Source of the DNA: a virus
Direction: 5' to 3' (one strand)
Length of the DNA: 64,000 bases
Virus record (IMG/VR): IMGVR_UViG_3300012039_000002
Coordinates: 99,356-163,355 of that record
Shown here: positions 29,188-37,628 of the stretch, in pieces
Numbering within the stretch: the stretch's first letter is position 1
Layout of the letters: each line of letters begins with the position of its first letter
Translations under genes and position numbers: made by a program
Notes under the pieces: model-generated
Seen by the model: only the letters and a program-made list of their open reading frames with translations
Told to the model about the DNA's origin: nothing
Database searches by the model: none

Positions 29188-31768
29188 CATAAAGTTCATT
29201 AGAAAAGACAAAACACTCTTTTCTAGTCCACATAAGACTATCATGGAACACGACCAGACTGGCTACGTGTATCTTGACAATGCCGAAGGCGTTGCTATTA
29301 TGCCCTACAAAATGGGAGCAAATGGTAAAGAAGTATTGATCCGTGACGAATATAACCCTTTGCACACCACAGTGATGTCGATTATCACTGGTCGTAAAGA
29401 CAAGGGTGAGACCTGGAGGCAGACAGCTAAAAGGGAATTAGAGGAAGAGGCGGGCATTGTAGTACAGGAAAGATGGTTTGAAGATCTTGGCACTATTCTA
29501 CCCAGCGGTGATCATAAGAATCCTGATATCTTCTGTATCGTGGACGTTACTGGCATGGCTCAAGGCAAGCCCAAGACAGACGGTTCTATATTTGAAAAGA
29601 AGTCTACGAATAGTTGGGTCTCTATTTACGATCTTCATCGTATAGTAAGAGAGCCTTCTAATGTTGACGCATATTTGCTTTCGGCTATTGTAAAGATGCT
29701 TGAATGGGCCGGGCTTATAGCACAGAAATCAGAAGAGTCTGATTTGCTTAAAGCTAAGAAGGGTGAGCAAAAGGCTGGTCACAAATATATCCGAAGAGAA
29801 GGCTCTGAAGGCAAGTATAAATACATCTATACAGAGCCAAAGGGAAAGACCGGCAAGAAGGAAGAGACTAAAGGAAAGAAGCCAACGATGGTTGAGCAGT
29901 TAGCTGCTCTCATTGGGAAGAAGTCGGGCGGCGAGGAAGAAGAAACTGTTAAGAAGCAAGACGATTGGGATGCTTGGCCAATTGCGCCCAAGGATCTGCC
30001 CGAATTTAGCAAGGGCGTGAGCGCGTCTCAATGGGTTTCTAATATTATCAGAATGGTTGACACAAACGTGGCTCAATATGTCTCTTCCATTGACGACGGC
30101 ACGCTTGAGCTTATGAATAGTCCCGACGCTAAGAAGGGCTATATAGATGAAGCGCTTAACATGATGTATGAAAAGAATCACAAGTATGCAGGCACAGAAT
30201 CGAATTGGAAAGACTTGAATGTTGAAAATAAGAAATTAGATCCAAGTGCCCAAAACGAAGTAAAGAAAGCTATGCTACAAATGTCAACGGCGCTGGGAAT
30301 TGTTAATCACACCACAGCAGTGCTTAATAGCAGTGTCGCTGCTAATATTCATAGCAATTTCGAGAGTAGAGTGAAAGCAGCTGATGCTAAAGAAAGCGCC
30401 ACTTATCCGTCTTTTGAAAAGCTGTCTGAACTCATGGGTGACATCAAGAAGTCCCTTAATGTCGCGGATAATGTAATTCAGGACACTAAATGGCTTCAAG
30501 GCAACGACCCTAAATTGGATTGGCTAAACGATGCTGTGTTTAATGCTGTAGATAAGCTGATGAAGACTAGAAACAGATTTGTAAAAGACACTTTTGGCAT
30601 GTTCATTGGCTTGATAAGTGATAAAATGGACACTATGGACGATGCTTATAGTATCGAATCTACAGCGTCTCTTATAAATAGCTTCCAGAAGTTCAAGGAA
30701 GACGGCATGTATTCAACTACTTTAGCTCGTGACAACAAGACATTCGCTAATCAGTGGAACATGAAACAAAAAGGAATTTATTCTGGCGCTTCAAGGTTCT
30801 CTGCTAATGCTACGGCCAAGGTTGTTGATAAGATACACAGTCTCGATGGCGTAGAATCTGACGTCGCCGTAAGTAGATTACTTACCAAGATCTCAGATCA
30901 AAGAGCGTTTTCATTTCTTTCAATGAATCGTGTGGGTGCTAATAATTTCCATATGTCAGAGCAAGCATTCTCATATGTCGCTGAGCACGGTTTGGATAAG
31001 TTCTATCAAGACATGATGTTTGTGGCTGGTGGCAGAAAGCTATTTGCTGGAGATAAGACTTCTATTACTAGAACTAGATTGAGTTTTGCTCTCGATATGA
31101 TCGATAAAGCTTACAAGGGCGACGACGTATTCAAACAGTCGGATAACGCTGATAGAGCGCTTGGAAAGCCGTTAGGAGACATGACTAGAGGCGGTGATAG
31201 CCTTATAGAAGTGGGAGCTTTTAATGTTGCAATAAATACCATTGTTTTACTGAATAAAAAGAGTCCTGCCGAATCAAAGAACGCAGCCTTTGTGAGAATG
31301 TGGTCGTCTGCTTCTCATAACTCGCTAATGTCCAACGCAGTGGAATCGTTTGTTGAGACTAAGGCAATAGACAGGGGCACTTACGTCAATTACCACCTGG
31401 CTTCCAATAGAGTTGTTGCTATAAGCAGGCCAGAAGTCAAAGAGGTGTTGTCCACCACGATTCAAGATGTATATGATCAGACGCAAAGCTCTTTAGGATC
31501 TGGTAAGACTCTGAAACTATACCGAGGCAATGGGAAGAGTGAGGTTAAGTCTGTGGCTTCGTCTTGGACTTCTGATAGAGGCGTAGTTGATAACTTTGGT
31601 CCCGTGATTACCGAAGCCGAGGTGCCGACTGAAGCAGTGCTGATTTATCACCACTCAAAGAATAGCAGCGACTGGTCTTATCCATATGAGCAGGAACACG
31701 TACTTGTCCCTGGAATACTACCTGTTGAGAAAAGAATAGTTGGCAATGTTATAGAAGGCGGCGATTAA
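29168..31768 (+). CDS. Nudix hydrolase / ADP-ribosyltransferase-like polyvalent protein
   Basis: Perfect Nudix box GRKDKGETWRQTAKRELEEEAGI; C-terminal LYRG..SSWT..EQE (R-S-E ART signature); start placed at ATG 29168 (MQIKFNNIKFIRK). Confidence 0.75.
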   Translation: MQIKFNNIKFIRKDKTLFSSPHKTIMEHDQTGYVYLDNAEGVAIMPYKMGANGKEVLIRDEYNPLHTTVMSIITGRKDKGETWRQTAKRELEEEAGIVVQERWFEDLGTILPSGDHKNPDIFCIVDVTGMAQGKPKTDGSIFEKKSTNSWVSIYDLHRIVREPSNVDAYLLSAIVKMLEWAGLIAQKSEESDLLKAKKGEQKAGHKYIRREGSEGKYKYIYTEPKGKTGKKEETKGKKPTMVEQLAALIGKKSGGEEEETVKKQDDWDAWPIAPKDLPEFSKGVSASQWVSNIIRMVDTNVAQYVSSIDDGTLELMNSPDAKKGYIDEALNMMYEKNHKYAGTESNWKDLNVENKKLDPSAQNEVKKAMLQMSTALGIVNHTTAVLNSSVAANIHSNFESRVKAADAKESATYPSFEKLSELMGDIKKSLNVADNVIQDTKWLQGNDPKLDWLNDAVFNAVDKLMKTRNRFVKDTFGMFIGLISDKMDTMDDAYSIESTASLINSFQKFKEDGMYSTTLARDNKTFANQWNMKQKGIYSGASRFSANATAKVVDKIHSLDGVESDVAVSRLLTKISDQRAFSFLSMNRVGANNFHMSEQAFSYVAEHGLDKFYQDMMFVAGGRKLFAGDKTSITRTRLSFALDMIDKAYKGDDVFKQSDNADRALGKPLGDMTRGGDSLIEVGAFNVAINTIVLLNKKSPAESKNAAFVRMWSSASHNSLMSNAVESFVETKAIDRGTYVNYHLASNRVVAISRPEVKEVLSTTIQDVYDQTQSSLGSGKTLKLYRGNGKSEVKSVASSWTSDRGVVDNFGPVITEAEVPTEAVLIYHHSKNSSDWSYPYEQEHVLVPGILPVEKRIVGNVIEGGD

Positions 31769-32274
31769 TGATAAAGAAGCTTATTAAGAGTAGAAACTTT
31801 AGGTTCTTGCATCCAGAAGTTGTCGCCAAAGCTAACGAGCCTGAGTTACAGTCAATTCTTAAGGCCGTCTCCTATTTCAGGAACTTTGCTATTTTCAAGG
31901 CTCTCTATACAGCTCTTTATAAAGGCCGAAATCTTACTCTAGATCAATATCGTGGCCTTTATGATTTGCTAATCGACTATAGAAATACTCATCCAAAGGA
32001 TTATTTTGTAAGAGGTTTTAGTTCTGCGATACTGAAGTCTACTGCTATAAGCAAGAGCTCTAAAGCCATTTACGCTGTTATGGTTTATAATCAGCTATAC
32101 GAAGATGGGCTATTTAATGATCAAATTCACAAGTCAAATAAGCGACTAACCAAAGCTGTTGCAGCTTACTATTTGAGCAGCAAGCCCATTCATTTAGCTG
32201 TCATAAAGAAGACTAAGGTGAGCGTGATCAACAATAACAATCTTATAAAGTCTATCACAAAATGGAATCTTTAG
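31768..32274 (+). CDS. basic protein rich in hydrophobic-x-K-[SAG] motifs
   Basis: LIKS, VAKA, ILKA, IFKA, LYKG, ILKS, ISKS, IHKS, LTKA, LIKS within 168 aa. Confidence 0.6.
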   Translation: MIKKLIKSRNFRFLHPEVVAKANEPELQSILKAVSYFRNFAIFKALYTALYKGRNLTLDQYRGLYDLLIDYRNTHPKDYFVRGFSSAILKSTAISKSSKAIYAVMVYNQLYEDGLFNDQIHKSNKRLTKAVAAYYLSSKPIHLAVIKKTKVSVINNNNLIKSITKWNL

Positions 32275-32771
32275 CCACTACTCTCATCGTTCCGGACATG
32301 CGGACTAAAATAGCGGCTCTTAAACAATATATAAAGAGCGCCAATATGCACGCCACTAAAGCTCAATCATTCTTGCCTATGATTAAAGAAAAGAGGCTCT
32401 TGCCTCTCAATCACTCAAAATACTCAGGGAAAGTTGCGTACATCAATTGGATTACTAGAGGCAAGGCAATGTACTTGAATCTTAATGTATGTTACGATAA
32501 TGTTGGCAACATTACTAGTTTTGAGGTTATGACTAGAAATTTAAAGGTTAAGAAGCTATTTGATGTGAATAGGGTAAGAACGTTAGATGGCAAAATGTTT
32601 AAGCGGCATACAGAGCTTAAACGAAAGGAATCTCTTGTCTATACTGTGGACACTAAAAGCCTATATCCTGGCAGGCCTATAAAGCTTCTTGAGAATGGCC
32701 TTGAAAATTTTGCGTCTAGGGACAGAATTCTTCAAAAATTCGGTGTACAATTTGCTCCAATTGGAGTATAA
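32262..32771 (+). CDS. basic hypothetical protein
   Basis: ORF continuity. Confidence 0.55.
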   Translation: MESLATTLIVPDMRTKIAALKQYIKSANMHATKAQSFLPMIKEKRLLPLNHSKYSGKVAYINWITRGKAMYLNLNVCYDNVGNITSFEVMTRNLKVKKLFDVNRVRTLDGKMFKRHTELKRKESLVYTVDTKSLYPGRPIKLLENGLENFASRDRILQKFGVQFAPIGV

Positions 32772-32772
32772 T
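32744..32772 (+). promoter_or_regulatory. TGTACA-N17-TATAAT promoter
   Basis: Same motif and spacing as the early-region promoters. Confidence 0.6.
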
Positions 32773-32782
32773 GGAGGTTTAC

Positions 32783-32947
32783 ATGGATCTCTTTGAAAAG
32801 TCTGTTGAAAAAGAAAAACAGCATGTACCATCACTTGAGATTTTTGCTCGTAAAAAGGGTAGAGCATCAAAGAGATACGGCACAAAGAAACCTGATGAGA
32901 AAGTAAACCAGAAAGATTTACTAATTGCATGGCGGGAGGATACGTGA
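32783..32947 (+). CDS. small basic hypothetical protein (54 aa)
   Basis: GGAGG RBS; MDLFEKSVEK...; stop overlaps the GTG start of the next gene. Confidence 0.5.
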   Translation: MDLFEKSVEKEKQHVPSLEIFARKKGRASKRYGTKKPDEKVNQKDLLIAWREDT

Positions 32948-33306
32948 GGCTATTAATTTGCGGAGACCGTAACTGGTCCGACGGTTCGGCAATTAGAGAA
33001 ATAATTGCAAGATTTCAGCCTGACGTAGTTATCGAGGGCGAAGCTAGAGGAGCTGACACTCTCGCTCGTTTGTCTGCGGAATCTGCTGGGATAGAAGTAT
33101 TGAGATTCCCTGCCGATTGGACTACGTATGGTAAAGCTGCCGGTCCTATTAGAAATTCCCAAATGCTTCGCGAAGGCAAGCCAGACGTTATAGTAGGATT
33201 TCATTACAACGTGAATGAATCTAAAGGCACAAGAGATATGCTAATTCGTGCTAAAAAGTCTGGCAAAGCAACATTCATATTCGACGGTGAACTTAAGGAA
33301 TTCTAA
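32944..33306 (+). CDS. SLOG family (DUF2493/YspA-like) protein
   Basis: ICGDRNW, EGEARGAD, ADWTTYGKAAGPIRNSQM, GTRDM; GGAGG before GTG 32944. Confidence 0.85.
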   Translation: MRLLICGDRNWSDGSAIREIIARFQPDVVIEGEARGADTLARLSAESAGIEVLRFPADWTTYGKAAGPIRNSQMLREGKPDVIVGFHYNVNESKGTRDMLIRAKKSGKATFIFDGELKEF

Positions 33307-35130
33307 GTGAAAATAAGAGAAGAATATTGGATTTTTGCTGGTGGTGCTGGTCCCCCAGTTTACCCAAAGACCATCTACATATCGGATTACAACAATAGCA
33401 GAATTGTCGAGCGCTCTATTCCCGATTTAGCATACGTAGGACAAATGACTAGTTACAATTTGATAGAGCTTACGAATCTTTATAGACCACAATTTATAAA
33501 GGCAAACTCAACGCATCTGTTTATCTGGGATAATGATAATCCTTTTCTTTTTAGAATTGACAAAACAGATCTCGGCGCCACTGCTCAAACCATCGATGTA
33601 ACAGATTACTACCCGATCTACGGGATGGGTGTTGACGATAATTATATTTATCTTCCGAACTATAATAATGATTCTATTGTTAGACTAGATGCTACGACGA
33701 TGGCTTTTGTTGATGAAACCTCTTCGTATACGATAGGGATGGACACTTACTATTTTTATGGTCCCGAAAACATACATTCTGACGGCACTTACATTTATAT
33801 TACAAGCAACAGTGATAACAGCGTCGTAAAAGTGACAGCAGCCGACCCTTCGATCGGTGTTGCTTCATCGATCTTAGCTGGCAATGTTGACTTATCTTAC
33901 CCGGAAGGCGTTTGCGTCGATGGCAGTGGGAATGTGTACATCGCGGATTCGGGTTGGTTTAGAATAGTAAAACTAAACTCAAGTTTGCAATTTCAAGCTC
34001 AGGGCGGATATGGACCAAAAGCGACTGTGACTGCTATTGCGGGTGTCACAGGTTATTTTCAACCGACGTCGTTCACCGGGACATTCAATACGAGCGATGC
34101 CATTACATGGACGTCCGGAGCTACTGGAGAATGTTCAAGCTGGGATGGCACGACTCTTAATTTCAATGTGTTCACAGGCATGCCAGTTATAGGTGACACA
34201 GTTACGGGCCCAAGTGGCACAGCTGTAATGCAATGGGTGAATATAGACACAGATCTGACTTATACGGGACTGACGGATGGCCCATTTCAGCCTGGCTATG
34301 GCGGCTACGAGTATGTTCATTGCTCCAGACTGGGGGCAGAAACAATGAACGCTTATTTCTTGTCAGACAATGGCACTGTTGCTCGTGCTAGATTCCAGAC
34401 AAGCGATGGCATATACAATGCAACTGTGTTTGGGCTGCCGCAGATTGGGGACACTCTTGTACAATTTTTGGTCGACACTGGTCCTGTTGGCGGATATACG
34501 GTTCCTGATGCCGCGTTCTTTTATCCTTATGGCATAACAACTGACAATGTATCAATATACGTGGCAGACGTTGATAATAATCGTGTTTCAAGACGTACAT
34601 GTTCTACTCTGGCGCATCAAGGCATTTCATCTTACACTTATACTGCTACAGACGTTTATTATGACGGCGACAATCTTATTCTTTATGTAACAGAACCATG
34701 GTCCCCAAACATAGAAATATTAGAGACGGATTTTAGTGTTTTAGATTCTTATGTTAGCGCTACGATTGGGTTGGCGACGGGAGGATTTATTTTTCAAGAC
34801 GCAGCATCGCAGTTTGCTGTAGAATTCCCTACTCTTGCTCCGGGTGATTTTCTTTCTGCTTCAGGTTTTGCCGACGCAGACTACAACAGAGTATACGAGG
34901 TGGTGTCTGTAGATGGCGCGAATCAAATAACATGCGTAAATCCCTTTTCTAGTTTTAAAATTGGAGAGAGTGGAAACATTATAACTCTTGATATCGTTAG
35001 TTCTTTGCTAATAATAGATGACTTGACACAGCTCACCGCTGGAATTCCAAACGCTATTGTTAGCCCTACTGGAATTTGTTCTGACGGAACTTACGTCTAC
35101 ATTACGATTAATGATGGGGTAGCAGTGTAA
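33307..35130 (+). CDS. NHL-repeat beta-propeller virion protein
   Basis: PEGVCVDGSGNVYIADS, PYGITTD..IYVADVDNNRV, PTGICSDGTYVYI. Confidence 0.75.
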   Translation: MKIREEYWIFAGGAGPPVYPKTIYISDYNNSRIVERSIPDLAYVGQMTSYNLIELTNLYRPQFIKANSTHLFIWDNDNPFLFRIDKTDLGATAQTIDVTDYYPIYGMGVDDNYIYLPNYNNDSIVRLDATTMAFVDETSSYTIGMDTYYFYGPENIHSDGTYIYITSNSDNSVVKVTAADPSIGVASSILAGNVDLSYPEGVCVDGSGNVYIADSGWFRIVKLNSSLQFQAQGGYGPKATVTAIAGVTGYFQPTSFTGTFNTSDAITWTSGATGECSSWDGTTLNFNVFTGMPVIGDTVTGPSGTAVMQWVNIDTDLTYTGLTDGPFQPGYGGYEYVHCSRLGAETMNAYFLSDNGTVARARFQTSDGIYNATVFGLPQIGDTLVQFLVDTGPVGGYTVPDAAFFYPYGITTDNVSIYVADVDNNRVSRRTCSTLAHQGISSYTYTATDVYYDGDNLILYVTEPWSPNIEILETDFSVLDSYVSATIGLATGGFIFQDAASQFAVEFPTLAPGDFLSASGFADADYNRVYEVVSVDGANQITCVNPFSSFKIGESGNIITLDIVSSLLIIDDLTQLTAGIPNAIVSPTGICSDGTYVYITINDGVAV

Positions 35131-35531
35131 TGTGTATTTTAAAGTTCTTAATAGCCGGAACAACAATAGCGGATTTAGAATACGTCACAAAAAGCGTTCA
35201 GTCTTCGAATACGCAGGGTTGCTGTACGGATGGCACACACGTCTTTTCGATACACGCAGAAAGTATAGAGAAATTCTTGTGTTCTGATATGTCGCTTGTA
35301 GATGACTTTAGTGTATTTAATGGTTCAGACTCTTTTACAACAGTAATTGGAATAACTACAGATGGTACGTATTTTTATGTTACAGATGGATCAGGCTCAA
35401 ATGGTAGAGTAGTAATATTTAACAATTCTGACATGTCGTACGTTGGAGAATTTCCCACAGACATGGTGCCTCAAGGAATAGATCATGATGGTTCTAAACT
35501 GTATGTAAGTGAAATGATGTTATTGGGCTAA
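35130..35531 (+). CDS. NHL-repeat fragment protein
   Basis: GCCTDGTHVF, GITTDGTYFYVTD, PQGIDHDGSKLYVS. Confidence 0.7.
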   Translation: MCILKFLIAGTTIADLEYVTKSVQSSNTQGCCTDGTHVFSIHAESIEKFLCSDMSLVDDFSVFNGSDSFTTVIGITTDGTYFYVTDGSGSNGRVVIFNNSDMSYVGEFPTDMVPQGIDHDGSKLYVSEMMLLG

Positions 35532-35534
35532 TAT

Positions 35535-35861
35535 ATGAAAATCTATACATATAACATAACGTCTCCGTACGCTTTTGTCGATAATTTTATTTTAGGGACG
35601 CCCGAGTGTTTTACTGAATATGATCCAATCGCGGATTTTGGCTACGGAGTTTCGGTTGATTCTGGTAAGACATACGCAACGAATAGGTCTGTTGACAAGT
35701 TAGCTAGAGCCGACAATACTACGCTACTTGGAGACGCAATTGTGGGTTCAACTGGTTTTGGCAACGATAATTTTGATAACCCTACGTTTTCAGCCATTAT
35801 AACATATCCCGTGCCACCATCGCCGGCGATCGAAAATATCTTTGGTAATATTATATGGTAA
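35535..35861 (+). CDS. NHL-repeat fragment protein with FGNIIW tail
   Basis: YGVSVDSGKTYATN, GSTGFGNDNFDNP. Confidence 0.65.
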   Translation: MKIYTYNITSPYAFVDNFILGTPECFTEYDPIADFGYGVSVDSGKTYATNRSVDKLARADNTTLLGDAIVGSTGFGNDNFDNPTFSAIITYPVPPSPAIENIFGNIIW

Positions 35862-36796
35862 AGTATGATTTTTACATTCATACGTATGACGACGACCCGA
35901 CGCAAATTTTGGATCAAATAAAACAATTTCATCCATCTGCTAGAGCAATTTTAATTTCCGACGGCGGGAAAAAAGATTGGAACACTCAATACTTCCATAA
36001 ATTTGCTGATCGTCTTGAGAATAAGAGCTCTAAGTGGATTACTCGATGGTGGGATGTTACAAGAATCTATAATTCTGATTTCATTATAAGAGTAGATCCT
36101 GATTCTACAATCAGCGGGTCATTCAAAGATCCATTTCCATTAGCCGACTATTTTGGACACATTACAAGCTATCATAATTTTGGCGAAGAAAAGAAATTTA
36201 TTATTCACGCTGGCTTTGGTTTGTTTATAACAAAGCGTTTTGTGAATCTTGTGTACGATCAAGTAACAGATGAAAAGTTTTTAAAGAAAGAGTTCATGTA
36301 TAGAAACACATTAGTTTCAAACGAAAAAATATTGGCTTATTTAGCTTCTCAGAATGACATCTTGCCAGTCGAATATGATTCTGGTATAAAGCACAAGGCT
36401 CGCAGTATCGCCGACATTAGAAACGCAACTAGAGATAGCATAGATCTCGGCCAATTTGCTACTAAGTATGCTGAAAAAGTTAGAATTGCTGAAGAAGCTG
36501 AAAAAGCACTGCAAATAAGGAGAGAACAAGATGCTAAGCTTAAAGTCGACGAAGATGCTAGACTGAAAGCCGAACTTGAAGTAAAACGGACAGCTGAACT
36601 CAAAAAAGAGGCTAACCGCCAGCGGATAGAGAGCTTAAAAGACTCGGCTAAGCCAAGCGCTAGCGATACGATAGAAGATGTTGAAAGAAAATTGGGCGTA
36701 CTAAAATCACTGTATCTTGAAAAAGTAATTACTCAAAAAGAGTTTTTTGTGTCTACTAATAGTGTAAGAAATGCTATTAGTGAGAAAGAATCTTAA
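35855..36796 (+). CDS. glycosyltransferase-like domain + coiled coil + SHOCT-like tail
   Basis: ISDGG and RVDPD (DxD); charged helix; LGVLKSLYLEKVITQKEF. Confidence 0.5.
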   Translation: MVKYDFYIHTYDDDPTQILDQIKQFHPSARAILISDGGKKDWNTQYFHKFADRLENKSSKWITRWWDVTRIYNSDFIIRVDPDSTISGSFKDPFPLADYFGHITSYHNFGEEKKFIIHAGFGLFITKRFVNLVYDQVTDEKFLKKEFMYRNTLVSNEKILAYLASQNDILPVEYDSGIKHKARSIADIRNATRDSIDLGQFATKYAEKVRIAEEAEKALQIRREQDAKLKVDEDARLKAELEVKRTAELKKEANRQRIESLKDSAKPSASDTIEDVERKLGVLKSLYLEKVITQKEFFVSTNSVRNAISEKES

Positions 36797-37627
36797 ATGG
36801 CTTCGACGCTGTATATTGCTGACAGAGACAATTTTACAATCAAGAAATTTAGCGTCACTGATTTGTCTCTTGTAGACGAAGTAGCGACAGATGACAGTCG
36901 ATATGGTAGAGCGCTAACGATTATTGAGAGTATCGTTTATATGACGACAAACAATAATCGAATACAGGTTTTTACAGATAATCCGCTTACTCATGTTATG
37001 ACGTCGGGAACATATTCGGCAGGCACTCTGTATGCATTATCAGACGACGAAACAGTTCTATATTTAATTACAGATACCGGAAATGGAATACGACGAATAG
37101 ATAAAGACACTCTGCTATTTCTTACTGGATTCACAACACCAAAGGGATATACTATTAAAATATTCAACGGCAAGTCTTACAACAATACGTTAGCAGCACC
37201 ACAAACAGTAAATAAATACGACTTATCCGATTTCAATACGATAGAAGACTCATTTACAACACCAGATTCGGCACAGGCTTTAAGCTTTTACGCAAACGAC
37301 AATTATTTTATGGTATCAACTTCAGGAAACTTGTATCGCTGTGATCTTGCTACAATGACTTTCGAAGATTCGGTTACTAAATTGTCTCTATTCGGCAATA
37401 ACTATAATATAAAAGGCATTGTATGCGACAGCACTTATGTTTATGTATGTGGTAATCCCACCGAGGTTGGAGCCTCAAAGATTGCCAAGGTTCTTATTAG
37501 TGATCTGTCAATCGATCAATCAGTTAACGTGCTCGATACGGGACGGTTAGAATCTATAGAAATAATATTAGATGAAGCGCCGCCTTTTGTCGCTGGTCCG
37601 AATTCTTTTGGAAATATAGTGTGGTAA
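36797..37627 (+). CDS. beta-propeller virion protein with FGNIVW tail
   Basis: LYIADRDN, GIVCDSTYVYV repeats. Confidence 0.6.
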   Translation: MASTLYIADRDNFTIKKFSVTDLSLVDEVATDDSRYGRALTIIESIVYMTTNNNRIQVFTDNPLTHVMTSGTYSAGTLYALSDDETVLYLITDTGNGIRRIDKDTLLFLTGFTTPKGYTIKIFNGKSYNNTLAAPQTVNKYDLSDFNTIEDSFTTPDSAQALSFYANDNYFMVSTSGNLYRCDLATMTFEDSVTKLSLFGNNYNIKGIVCDSTYVYVCGNPTEVGASKIAKVLISDLSIDQSVNVLDTGRLESIEIILDEAPPFVAGPNSFGNIVW

Positions 37628-37628
37628 T

